NCBI GenBank assembly: GCA_963666285.1
Contig: OY762711.1
Direction: 5' to 3' (one strand)
From: Sedimentisphaerales bacterium
GTDB taxonomy: Bacteria > Planctomycetota > Phycisphaerae > Sedimentisphaerales > SM23-30
Length of the DNA: 64,000 bases
This document shows positions 49,947 through 59,495 of the stretch, piece after piece. The position numbers and the translations under genes are program-made. The notes under the pieces were generated by a model, which made no database searches, was not told the DNA's origin, and saw only the letters and a list, made by a program, of their open reading frames with translations. Numbering within the stretch: the first letter of the stretch is position 1; the number at the start of each line of letters is the position of its first letter.

Positions 49947-51431
49947 ATGTTTGCAAAGAAAAATAAAATAAGCTTTAAAGTTCTGATGCTTCCGGTTATA
50001 GCGTTAATTTGTATGGGAGGATTATACTCTAGCGAGCAATATGTCAACTCTGCGGTTTCAAACGATGTAATAATGCCTGAATTTAACAAATCAGTTTTAA
50101 ACAGCAAAAAGGAAGCCTTAAAATCAGCTATTGATGTTGAAGCCACCCTCTTGGCTAAAGCTCTTGCAGGCATAAATGACACTGACAAAAAAATAGAAAT
50201 TATCGGACAATACATTCAGGATGTCAGATTTATGGGTGAAGATAAAACTTATATCTTTATTAACTCAACTGACGGGGCCAGCGTCTATCACCCGATAAAC
50301 CCATCGATTATGGGCGCGGATATGTCTCAAGCTAAAGACCCCGATGGAATCTATTTTACCCAGGAATTCATCAAGGCAATCAAAGAAAAAGGTGAAGGTT
50401 TTGTTAATTACTCCTGGGCTAAAGGAGACCTCGGACCTCAACCGAAAATAAGCTATGTAAAAGCTATCCCCGGAACAAATTTATATGCCGGAGCTGGTGT
50501 ATATATTGATGATATTGAAAAGGAAAAAGCAGCATTAACAGCTTCTATCCAGGATAAAAAAAGCCAATATACGGTTTATAAAGGAATTGGAATAACATTA
50601 TCATTAATTGTATTAATATTATCATCCGGCCTGATTGCAAAAAGCATTATTCTTCCTTTGAATAAAGCAATTAGCTCCTTAACAAAAGCAATGGCGGAGA
50701 TTACAGAAGCATCGGAAAACATCTCTTGCAGTGCCAATAACCTGGCTAATAACGCCAACAATCAGGCCGCGTCGATAGAAGAAACAAGTAGCTCACTCGA
50801 AGAAATAAATTCGACAATAAAAGCAACCTCAGAAAACTCAGGAAAAGTTAGCGTACTGGCTGAATCTTCAAGACAAGTCTCACAAAAAGGACAGGAATCC
50901 ATATCTCAAATGACATCGGCAATGGAAGGTATAAAAAAGTCATCGCAGGAAATCGGTAATGTTATCAAGATAATTGATGAAATTGCTTTCCAGACAAACC
51001 TGCTCGCCTTAAACGCTGCGGTTGAAGCTGCTCGAGCAGGCGAAGCAGGAAAAGGATTTGCTGTTGTGGCAGAAGAAGTTCGCAATCTTGCGATGCGTTC
51101 GGCAGAAGCTGCAAAGGGAACTTCCAGGATGATCGAAGAAGCTGTAAAAAGCTCCCAAAATGGTGGAAAAATCGTAACCGAAGTATCAGAAGCATTTCAT
51201 GAATTTTCTGACTCAACCGATCAAGTTAACCAATTGATATCAGAAATACATAATGCGTCAAAAGAACAATCGAATGGCATCGAACTGATCAGCCAGGCTA
51301 TGGTGCAAATCGATCATTCCACCCAGGCTATCACGGCTAATGCCGAGGAAGATGCCACTGCTGCCATGCAGCTAAAGGAACAGGTGCAATATGTACATAA
51401 TGTTGCTGATGAATTGAAAGAGATGATTTAG
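49947..51431 (+). CDS. methyl-accepting chemotaxis protein with a Cache sensor domain
   Basis: [26 protein letters not shown] sensor, and [30 protein letters not shown]. Start taken at MFAKK (AAGGAG RBS). Confidence 0.93.
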   Translation: MFAKKNKISFKVLMLPVIALICMGGLYSSEQYVNSAVSNDVIMPEFNKSVLNSKKEALKSAIDVEATLLAKALAGINDTDKKIEIIGQYIQDVRFMGEDKTYIFINSTDGASVYHPINPSIMGADMSQAKDPDGIYFTQEFIKAIKEKGEGFVNYSWAKGDLGPQPKISYVKAIPGTNLYAGAGVYIDDIEKEKAALTASIQDKKSQYTVYKGIGITLSLIVLILSSGLIAKSIILPLNKAISSLTKAMAEITEASENISCSANNLANNANNQAASIEETSSSLEEINSTIKATSENSGKVSVLAESSRQVSQKGQESISQMTSAMEGIKKSSQEIGNVIKIIDEIAFQTNLLALNAAVEAARAGEAGKGFAVVAEEVRNLAMRSAEAAKGTSRMIEEAVKSSQNGGKIVTEVSEAFHEFSDSTDQVNQLISEIHNASKEQSNGIELISQAMVQIDHSTQAITANAEEDATAAMQLKEQVQYVHNVADELKEMI

Positions 51432-51581
51432 CAGGATATTGTTTTTCACAAGTTAAGAAAACTTATAAAATGTAAGCATTCACAGGTGCGATATTTGCAT
51501 CAGATTCCGTGTTTGTGAAGCTTTAAAATTGGTCGCGATAGCGATACCTTAACTTATTTCTTTTTACTTATATCTTATTAC

Positions 51582-51603
51582 TGTAACCGTGTGAACGGTT
51601 ACA
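51582..51603. terminator. hairpin between the convergent MCP and prepilin genes
   Basis: TGTAACCGT-GTGA-ACGGTTACA perfect stem; weak U tail. Confidence 0.5.
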
Positions 51604-51609
51604 TAAAAT

Positions 51610-52491
51610 TTATTTCGTGTCAAACAGTGAATTATTTTCCGGACCGAACCAGCCCAGCTTATTGGCAATTGTACCCTGCTCGTCAGTTTTACCATGTGTG
51701 GTATATTCTGTTGAAAAACTCATTGCTTCTGCTGTAACATGACCGTCCGCCCACGCAGTATTTGTAAACCTGCCATGACGAAAATGAATTGTAGGATCAG
51801 GCATACCATCTACTTCCATAGCTTTGTCACGACTATAACCACTGCTGCCAAACGCATCTACATACCACGGCCAGAACGGTGGATGAACAAAAGAGTACTC
51901 AATCAACCCCTGCTTACCATTTCCAAGATCCTGGTTAAACGCTGTATCTGCAAACATAACCGTTGAATGAGGCTTCTTGACCTTTGTCTCATTCGCACTA
52001 TAATTACCACCCTTAGCAATACCATACTCATCGACCCGGCCGCCAATATATTCGCTGTTATAGCCATAACCGCCGCAACCGGCCTCAAAATTACCATCAA
52101 CCTGTCCCGCCTCGGCATAATAATGCCGCTCCTTAAAGGATGGGCATCTCTTTAGCTCTCCTTCGCCAATATATTTTGCCAGCGGCCCCCTTGCGGCATC
52201 AAATGCCTCATTTACACTATCACGAACTCCATGCCAGCGATGGTGATTATAATTAATATCTTTTGCCGCCAAAACATAATACCCTCTGTTATCCATCGCA
52301 TAGTTTGTGTTTGCCAGGAAAAGCTGCCGTTCATTTGACGCACATACTACCCGGCGGCCCTGTCCGCGGGCATTCGCTAATGCCGGTAAAAGGATACTAA
52401 CCAGCAGTGCGATAATTGATATCACTACCAGTAACTCTATCAGGGTAAAACCTGATGCCTGTTTTCTACTATTGTAAATCAAATTTGGCAT
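51610..52491 (-). CDS. prepilin-type N-terminal cleavage/methylation protein with H-X9-DG motif (DUF1559-like)
   Basis: [27 protein letters not shown]......C.SN.RQ and [13 protein letters not shown]. Confidence 0.92.
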   Translation of the reverse strand: MPNLIYNSRKQASGFTLIELLVVISIIALLVSILLPALANARGQGRRVVCASNERQLFLANTNYAMDNRGYYVLAAKDINYNHHRWHGVRDSVNEAFDAARGPLAKYIGEGELKRCPSFKERHYYAEAGQVDGNFEAGCGGYGYNSEYIGGRVDEYGIAKGGNYSANETKVKKPHSTVMFADTAFNQDLGNGKQGLIEYSFVHPPFWPWYVDAFGSSGYSRDKAMEVDGMPDPTIHFRHGRFTNTAWADGHVTAEAMSFSTEYTTHGKTDEQGTIANKLGWFGPENNSLFDTK

Positions 52492-52530
52492 ATATTTGTA
52501 ATATCGGCTCTATAGTTAGATAATGCTTAA

Positions 52531-52691
52531 GGTGACTTTTGGAAATTGCTTTTGATGCGATAGTTTAAGATTTTGGTTGCTGACAAGAAACATAAAATCG
52601 TGCATATTGGTCTATATTCACTGTTTTATGTGACGCATGCCGGCAGGCAAAAGTAAAACTTGTCGCTCAAAATGAATTTTCAGAGTGTGCC
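52531..52691. mobile_element. palindromic MITE-like element, copy 2 (longest)
   Basis: GG...CC ends, about 36-bp imperfect TIRs and an internal hairpin; TTAA on both flanks, with the right TTAA containing the stop codon of the upstream gene. Confidence 0.75.
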
Positions 52692-53939
52692 TTAATCTCG
52701 TTTAACCGAGTTTAACCAGTTCGTCGCCAGCAGGTATAAATCATTGATATCGATAAACCTGTTCTCATCAAAGTCACCCTGCGGCCAGTTTCCATACATA
52801 TTCCACCGGTTCGCCAGGCGGATAAAATCTGCCATATTCACCTTTCCATCTGAATTAGCATCACCGTAAAGCTGTTCAATCGCCCCGATAGCCTCAAGGT
52901 CAAAACCGCCAGAACCCCAGGTTACCCACGCATCATATACACTATGATTGGTTTGAAAATATTCTCCCCCTTCACCTGTTTCTGGGTCTATACTATTGGG
53001 ATCAATAAGTTCAATGGCCGAATCCTCATAAAAACCACTGCCGGGGATATCCACTATTTTAATGTAGTTAATATTCTGCAGATCAACATCGCCATTTATC
53101 ACCGCCTCGCTGTTTGCCAGATCTTTCAGGTTAAACGGCGTACCCCATGTACGTTCATAAGCATTTACATGTTTGCCTGCCAGATTATACACATTCGATG
53201 GGTCTATTGTACCATATGCTCCTACCTTTGCACTGGTAAGCGAAACCGACGGAAACCGGGCAAACATTTCTCCGTCTGTCGATACCTCAACATAAGCCAG
53301 CTCGGCAAATATCTGGCCGCCAATACCTGCTCCGCCTGCCGAGATAAAACCATTCTCAAATACAGCGAAGTCCGGGCCAGGTCCATCGCAAAGTGGATCA
53401 TCAAAGGAAACAGTAACCTGGCCCGGTTGGATTTTATACGGATCATTAGGATCCAGTATATCATTATCCGCATAATTAGGATCTGAAGGATCAAGCACAT
53501 TAAGCTGGCTTTCATGCAGATCGCCCAATACACATACATCAAAATTATCACCGGTCACGGGGCCTAACGAAGCTTCTGGCCTGCGCCAGTCCTTAGGAAC
53601 GCCGCCATAATACGTATAGCTTTCCCGCCCTATCAACGCAGCACTTGCTGCCGGGGCAGGAATATAGTTTTGATACCCGGTTGCCCATTGCCTGAAAACT
53701 GGGTTAACACGTAAACTGTTTGGATCATCATTTCCACCCGGCTCTTCATCATTAGATCCTGCCGGGCAAATCCCCCTTGTACTGCCGCTGATGTATCCCG
53801 GTATTCCGGCATCAGCCGCCGTTGGATGGCGATTCTCCATCGCGGTTGAATAATGCCCGTAATATTCGCCTTCCTGTCCGTTAAAAGCAAATATTACCGA
53901 TGCAAATATTAAACTTACAAAAAATACTTTAATTGCCAT
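52692..53939 (-). CDS. secreted cell-surface protein with a C-terminal dockerin-like repeat
   Basis: Signal peptide from MAIK; DGPGPDFAVFENGF..FAELAYVEVSTDG..NLAGK..GTPF.L..SGGFDLEAI; tail GDANSDGKVNMADF..W..GDFDENRFIDINDL..NWL. Confidence 0.8.
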   Translation of the reverse strand: MAIKVFFVSLIFASVIFAFNGQEGEYYGHYSTAMENRHPTAADAGIPGYISGSTRGICPAGSNDEEPGGNDDPNSLRVNPVFRQWATGYQNYIPAPAASAALIGRESYTYYGGVPKDWRRPEASLGPVTGDNFDVCVLGDLHESQLNVLDPSDPNYADNDILDPNDPYKIQPGQVTVSFDDPLCDGPGPDFAVFENGFISAGGAGIGGQIFAELAYVEVSTDGEMFARFPSVSLTSAKVGAYGTIDPSNVYNLAGKHVNAYERTWGTPFNLKDLANSEAVINGDVDLQNINYIKIVDIPGSGFYEDSAIELIDPNSIDPETGEGGEYFQTNHSVYDAWVTWGSGGFDLEAIGAIEQLYGDANSDGKVNMADFIRLANRWNMYGNWPQGDFDENRFIDINDLYLLATNWLNSVKRD

Positions 53940-54130
53940 TTCTATCCTTACATAATATCCGAGACAGGACACATAATTATGCCCTGTCTCATTATATCTA
54001 AATTATTCAAAGTGACAGATTTTACACTTTTTATTGCTGTAAAACAATTTAATGCAAATTGTTATATTAATGATTTAATTAGCTTGCCGCTTTGCGGCAA
54101 ACCTTCCCTAATACCAAATAACTAATACCT

Positions 54131-54157
54131 CTCAAACTGACCATCGGTCAGTTTGAG
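54131..54157. other. perfect 12-bp hairpin right after the PEP-CTERM gene (possible mRNA stabiliser)
   Basis: CTCAAACTGACC-ATC-GGTCAGTTTGAG; no U tract on the minus strand. Confidence 0.5.
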
Positions 54158-54161
54158 TAAA

Positions 54162-55250
54162 TTACTGCTTTCTCCGGCGTCGAGCTATTAACATTCCGCC
54201 CAAACCTAAAATCGTCATAGTAGCCGGTTCAGGAACCATGGTAATCTCAGAAATGCCCGCATTAAAACCAAAAGTTCCATACAGAGAATCTCCTTCAAGA
54301 AAATTACCGTCAATATCCAAACCGCCATACCAGCCAAACCCCTGGGTGGAATCCAGGGTTGCGATCACCTCGTAATTAATGCCGCTGCCGATTGCCATGC
54401 TTTCATTCCACATTATTACTTCGGAAGTGCCATTCATAAAATCGTTATATGTCACAAAAACATTTCCGCCATCGTCAACTGTGATACCGTTAGCCCCGTC
54501 ACTAAGGTCTGACAGCAAAATAGCATCGTCCAGCGTTAATATTTCATCAACTTCACCGGCTTCGATATCGTCAAAGACAGAACTTACCAGCCCGGCATCC
54601 CACTTATATAAAGCAGAGCTGCCAAAATTATAAGTCGCATAATAAATATTACCTGACTTATCAACTGTCATCGAAGCTGAATTACCTAGTGTCTGGATAA
54701 GGGTATCATGCTGGCAAACACCACCGCTATTGGTTACCGAACTATCAGAAATATATCTGAAAATATAATTCTCCTGGCCGTAGCCGCCGTTCCATGGCTC
54801 GTTCAGCCCGGAAAAATACAAATCGCTACCGATTGTATCGGCCCCGTAAGCGTTAACCGCACTTGTCGAGCCGGTTTTCCATTCCCCGCTATTATGATCG
54901 TATTCATAAATATGGGCGTCACTTGAACCACTTATCGTTGCGGCATAAAACGTATTTGTCTCAGGGTTATAAACACCAAAGGCGTCGCCCCCTCCATTCG
55001 ATTCAACTCCGCTATCTGGCTTGCCGATCAGGGTGGTATCTCCTGTGGCTGCGTTGGTGGTATAGTAACCGTCACCAGTGTTCCAGTAATGGAGCACTCC
55101 ATCATAAACAGTAAAATCTGTTACCGTTGCTATTGTTGTTATATCTCGCGCTGAATACTTGCTTGTATCAACATCAACATAATCTGATAAATCTGCAGCA
55201 TTAACATAAGCAGAAATGCTCAGCAGCATTATTATTAGTTTTTTATTCAT
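54162..55250 (-). CDS. PEP-CTERM surface protein, probable beta-propeller
   Basis: Signal peptide; NHL-like blades (SMTVDKSGNIYYA, GITVDDGGNVFVT); VPEPATMTILGLGGMLIARRRRK. Confidence 0.85.
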   Translation of the reverse strand: MNKKLIIMLLSISAYVNAADLSDYVDVDTSKYSARDITTIATVTDFTVYDGVLHYWNTGDGYYTTNAATGDTTLIGKPDSGVESNGGGDAFGVYNPETNTFYAATISGSSDAHIYEYDHNSGEWKTGSTSAVNAYGADTIGSDLYFSGLNEPWNGGYGQENYIFRYISDSSVTNSGGVCQHDTLIQTLGNSASMTVDKSGNIYYATYNFGSSALYKWDAGLVSSVFDDIEAGEVDEILTLDDAILLSDLSDGANGITVDDGGNVFVTYNDFMNGTSEVIMWNESMAIGSGINYEVIATLDSTQGFGWYGGLDIDGNFLEGDSLYGTFGFNAGISEITMVPEPATMTILGLGGMLIARRRRKQ

Positions 55251-55268
55251 TTTTTATTTTCCCTTTCC

Positions 55269-56015
55269 TTAATATGCTTTCTTTCTACGTGACACCATCA
55301 AACCACCTAAACCTAATATCGCCAGCGTGGCTGGTTCCGGCACCACCCCGTTCAAGGCCTCTACGTAATTAATCTCGGTGCTGAAATAGCCAAATATTCC
55401 GGCTGAATCATCTGTCGCGGTCCTGATACGAACATAGGCAATATCGGTTAAGCTGACATAATTGCCATCTGCATCAATTGCCTCGCTCAAATCGATTAAA
55501 TCTCCGCCTACGGTTACATCTGCATAACCCGTAACGCTATTTGACCAGTTGGAATTATAGGGATAACCAACAGATAAAGCACTGTCTCTTGGGTCGCCAA
55601 CTAAATCATAATTGCTGGTCTTGATCAGATAAAATGTCTCGTCCATCCAGCCGTCAGCTGTTGCGCCATCGCCATCAGTTTCGCAGGCTACCTCTACATA
55701 GCCCGGTTCATACCAGCTTGACATTGGGTTACCTACTATATTAAGATCTGCTCCGTCACCGTTTAGAATTGAGGTACTGAAACCAAGACAGATTCCGACC
55801 GCTCGGTCATTTGTACCCTGATCCGGGTTATCTGACCATCTGCCAAGTGAAACGATATCTGATGTGTTCAGAGCGTTTTCCGGGGTAGCATAATAGCCGC
55901 CATGGGTTTGTACTCCCTGCTCATAATAGCATAGTACATCACATATGGTCCCAGCATGAGACATCATTGGCAGACAAATTATTGTAAGCATTATATTTAT
56001 TACTCTTTTTAACAT
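55269..56015 (-). CDS. PEP-CTERM surface protein, first gene under the B12 riboswitch
   Basis: Signal peptide; VSLG..GF...I.NG.G.D..I.GN...EPG.V.V..GYAD..D.S.AIDADG..V.L..I.YV.I.T..G..STEI; VPEPATLAILGLGGLMVSRRKK. Confidence 0.85.
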   Translation of the reverse strand: MLKRVINIMLTIICLPMMSHAGTICDVLCYYEQGVQTHGGYYATPENALNTSDIVSLGRWSDNPDQGTNDRAVGICLGFSTSILNGDGADLNIVGNPMSSWYEPGYVEVACETDGDGATADGWMDETFYLIKTSNYDLVGDPRDSALSVGYPYNSNWSNSVTGYADVTVGGDLIDLSEAIDADGNYVSLTDIAYVRIRTATDDSAGIFGYFSTEINYVEALNGVVPEPATLAILGLGGLMVSRRKKAY

Positions 56016-56020
56016 ATTTT

Positions 56021-56143
56021 ATTTCTCCGTAATTCTGTTGTTTTTGTTTCTTATAAATTCCAACTTTGAGCCTTCAATATAAATTATCTACATTGGTTTC
56101 ACCTCCATTCTTACTGGTGATGAGGCTCTGATTACGGAGAAAT
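56021..56143 (-). promoter_or_regulatory. long-range anti-SD/SD inverted repeat
   Basis: ATTTCTCCGTAAT (56021-56033) and ATTACGGAGAAAT (56131-56143) form a perfect 13-bp IR. On the mRNA the downstream arm is the GGAGA RBS of 55269-56015. Confidence 0.65.
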
Positions 56144-56345
56144 TTGCCTTTACAAGCCGTTTCTGCAATTGCTTTCAGGCATATTGCATTTAACCGAAAT
56201 TTGCTTATAATATTTGTTGCTAGGAAGCCGGTTTCCGGTTTCGCGGGGCGTTGGCATCTCCTTGTCAGCGCCCCTTTCCATTAAAACTCTTACCTCAAAT
56301 CTCTCTTACCAAAAGATACACCCGGGCACGAGCCATACGCGTAAT

Positions 56346-56383
56346 AAAAAAAGCCGCTGTTCCGGCGAAAGGAACAACGGCTT
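56346..56383 (-). terminator. intrinsic terminator in the riboswitch leader (expression platform)
   Basis: Minus strand AAGCCGTTGTTCC-TTTCGCC-GGAACAGCGGCTT-TTTTT. Confidence 0.85.
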
Positions 56384-56475
56384 AGTTGTTTGCTATGTCA
56401 GGGGTTACGGCATTGTCTATCTGGCAATCCGACTGATGCAGTTCTTTTCGCGAGAACAAAATACAAGTTCATCAT

Positions 56476-56640
56476 ACAGGTATTCTGACTCTCGCTCTAT
56501 CGGATATCACCTTCCCAACTAATTCTATTAATCAGTGGCATAAGATATCTGAATTTCTGGTATGACCAGATCGAACGATCACAGCGGCGCGACCGTCGTG
56601 GATTTTCACCACGTTCCCTGCCAGGCTCTAAACAGCCTGT
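56476..56640 (-). ncRNA. cobalamin (B12) riboswitch
   Basis: Minus strand ACAGG..GGGAA CGTGGTGAAAATCCACG ACGGTCGCGCCG CTGTGA..GCCACTG..GGGAAGG..GAGTCAGAATACCTGT. The conserved B12-element blocks and the B12 box are in the expected order. Confidence 0.93.
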
Positions 56641-56671
56641 CTTCTTTTCTAATTGTTAAAGAACATCATCA

Positions 56672-56700
56672 ATAATACTCTTAGCCTTTTTAGATGTCAA
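56672..56700 (-). promoter_or_regulatory. sigma-70 promoter for the riboswitch transcript
   Basis: Minus strand TTGACA-17bp-TATTAT, about 30 bp upstream of the aptamer. Confidence 0.75.
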
Positions 56701-56831
56701 AGAAAAAGATCTGGAACTATTTTTTACTCAATTTTAGTAGCGAATTATATTTTGTTAAGTATTTAGGACTGTTACAGTTGCACTGGATTATTCGCTGGAT
56801 ATATATATGGACCCACCTTATAATCTCTATT

Positions 56832-58640
56832 ATGGAAACGGAAAATATAAATCTGAATACCGAAAATTCTCCGGCACCGCCCCCCCGGCAAAAGGGCATG
56901 CGGGCTGCTGTTATACTTTCATTACTGACAATCTTTATGCTCTGGCTCAGTCAGGAACCGGCAGGATGGAGCTTCCTTTCATGGTTCGCACTTGTCCCCT
57001 GGGTCGTCGCAACCGTTCGCTGCGAACGATATCTCAAAATGGCGGCCGTTAACTGGGCCTGCGGTTCACTTTACTTTGTCATCAGCCTGTACTGGCTCTG
57101 GGATATCACCGGACCCGGCATGATAGCACTGTCTATCTACCTCGGACTTTACTTCGTTATCTCAGGTTTTATTCTCAGACGCGTTTACGTCGCCCGCAGA
57201 CGGTGGTGGTTCTCTGTCTGCCTGCCGATCGTATGGGTCGGCCAGGAATACCTCCGCGGCACTGTCATGACAGGATTCCCATGGCTGTTCATTTCACACA
57301 CTCTCATCGACTACCGAATTGCACAGGTCGCTGAGATTACCGGCGCTTACGGCGTTACCTTCCTCGCGGCCATGGTCAACGGCCTGCTCTGTGATGGACT
57401 GCTCAGACCACTGTTCGATATCAACCCGCGCACCGGACAGAGACGCGCCGCCGGACTATTCCGCATGCTGCTGGTAGGCGTCATTATCTCAGGTGCCCAC
57501 CTGTACGGCACACTGCGACGCAACTACGTCGCCAACAACAGCACACCCGGACCAATCGTCACCGTCATACAGGACACCATCCCGCAATCAAATAAAGATT
57601 CCGCCGCAAACTTCGACAATATGTTCGACAGCCATATCAGGCTCAGCCAACAGGCCGCTGATGATAATGTCAAAGAAAACCTTATCATCTGGCCCGAGAC
57701 TATCGTACCGGCACATATCAACCAGGAGTTCCTTGACCTGAAACAAAGATATGATTTCCTTACCGAAAACTTTAAAGATCGTGTCGACGCAGCACATAAA
57801 TACAACGACCGGTTAATGAAACTGGCCAAAGATACCAACACCGGGTTACTGGTCGGCACTCCCGGTATGGTTTTGAGATTGTCAGACGATAAATCAGGAG
57901 TTGAAATCGACAGGACAAACTCGGCGGTCATGTATAAAAATAACGGCGACCGGTTCGGGCAGCGGTACGACAAGATCCATCGCGTTCCTTTCGGCGAATA
58001 TGTACCGTTCAAAGAATCCATACCATGGCTCAATAAACTACTGCTGAACCTTACTCCTTACGATTACGACTACAGTATCTTACCAGGCAGAAACCCTGTC
58101 AGGTTCGATGTTCAGCAGTCAACCGAAGAAACCGAAAACCGCCCCGCCCAGACAAACAATTACGGCTACGCCGTTGCTATCTGCTATGAAGATGTTATCC
58201 CACAGACCGCTATACTGCTGAGCAATTACGAAGGCATTGACTTCCTGGTAAATATCAGCAACGAAGGCTGGTACGTCACTCCGCACGAACTCGATTGCGG
58301 CGGCGGCATCATCGAGGTTACTCCATCCAGCGAATTAATGCAGCATTGGAATATCAGCCGATATCGTGCCATCGAAAACCGGATCGGTATCGTCCGATCG
58401 GTCAACTGCGGCATAAGCGGGTTCATCAAACCTGACGGCTACGCCCAGACCTCCGGCACCGGCACTCTCTCTGAACTGCCACAGGACCGACGCTGCCAGG
58501 TCGGATACCTGACCGATAACGTCTGGCTCTATAAAGGCGGCAAGACCATATATGCAAGAATCGGCGACTCTTTCGCTATCACCTGCACCATCCTTATGGG
58601 ATTAATATTTGTTGTAACCCTGAAAAAATCTCGTAATTAA
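56832..58640 (+). CDS. lnt: apolipoprotein N-acyltransferase
   Basis: TGFPW, IIWPET, YDKIHRVPFGEY, ICYED, NISNEGW, RAIENR. Start taken at METEN. Confidence 0.93.
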   Translation: METENINLNTENSPAPPPRQKGMRAAVILSLLTIFMLWLSQEPAGWSFLSWFALVPWVVATVRCERYLKMAAVNWACGSLYFVISLYWLWDITGPGMIALSIYLGLYFVISGFILRRVYVARRRWWFSVCLPIVWVGQEYLRGTVMTGFPWLFISHTLIDYRIAQVAEITGAYGVTFLAAMVNGLLCDGLLRPLFDINPRTGQRRAAGLFRMLLVGVIISGAHLYGTLRRNYVANNSTPGPIVTVIQDTIPQSNKDSAANFDNMFDSHIRLSQQAADDNVKENLIIWPETIVPAHINQEFLDLKQRYDFLTENFKDRVDAAHKYNDRLMKLAKDTNTGLLVGTPGMVLRLSDDKSGVEIDRTNSAVMYKNNGDRFGQRYDKIHRVPFGEYVPFKESIPWLNKLLLNLTPYDYDYSILPGRNPVRFDVQQSTEETENRPAQTNNYGYAVAICYEDVIPQTAILLSNYEGIDFLVNISNEGWYVTPHELDCGGGIIEVTPSSELMQHWNISRYRAIENRIGIVRSVNCGISGFIKPDGYAQTSGTGTLSELPQDRRCQVGYLTDNVWLYKGGKTIYARIGDSFAITCTILMGLIFVVTLKKSRN

Positions 58641-58855
58641 AATTTAGACAAATTCATCAAAAACAGCTCATATAAAGCTTTTAAGACAAGCCTGCCTAAG
58701 CGAAACTTTGACTAATTTCTTCTTACTGCGACCACATAAACATCTACACAGAAACGACATAGCTCACAAATTCTCCTTTAACTTGAATATTACCTCTCCA
58801 CTGGAATATAATATCATAAAAAGTTAACAACAGAACAAATACATTTGGAGAGTTT

Positions 58856-59458
58856 ATGAATACTTTCGAAGCCATTAAAACCAGACGCTCAGTCAAACAT
58901 TTTGACCCTAACCACGTTATGAGCAAAGAAGAAATCGAACAGATACTTTCTCTGGCCGTTCTTTCTCCCACCGCTTTCAATATACAAAACTGGCGGTTCG
59001 TCATTGTCGATGACCCCAAACAACGACAAAAAATCAGGCAGGTCGCATGGGATCAGTCACAGGTTACCGACACCTCACTTTTCATCGTTCTATGTGCCGA
59101 TGTCAAGGCCTGGAAAAAGCAACCCCAACGATATTGGGCCGAAGCCCAACAGGAAATACAGGATTTCATGGTACCCGCTATCGATCAATATTACCGCGAT
59201 AGGGAACAGGTCCAGAGAGATGAAGCTATGCGATCATGCGGTATTGTCGCACAGACTCTCATGCTCACCACCAGGGCTATGGGCTACGATTCATGCCCGA
59301 TGGACGGGTTTGACTTCGATAAGGTAGCAGAAATTATCAACCTGCCGGACGACCACGTAATCGCAATGTTCGTTGCTATCGGTAAAGCCGCCAACGAGGC
59401 TTATCCGCGTTCGGGCCAGCTGCCGCTTTACGAAGTTATTATAAAAAACAAATTCTGA
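58856..59458 (+). CDS. nitroreductase family protein
   Basis: RRSVKHF, SPTAFNIQNWRF, GYDSCPMDGFD. Confidence 0.92.
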   Translation: MNTFEAIKTRRSVKHFDPNHVMSKEEIEQILSLAVLSPTAFNIQNWRFVIVDDPKQRQKIRQVAWDQSQVTDTSLFIVLCADVKAWKKQPQRYWAEAQQEIQDFMVPAIDQYYRDREQVQRDEAMRSCGIVAQTLMLTTRAMGYDSCPMDGFDFDKVAEIINLPDDHVIAMFVAIGKAANEAYPRSGQLPLYEVIIKNKF

Positions 59459-59495
59459 TTTTACCGTCAGTCGAACCTGTCAAAAAGCTGGTCTT

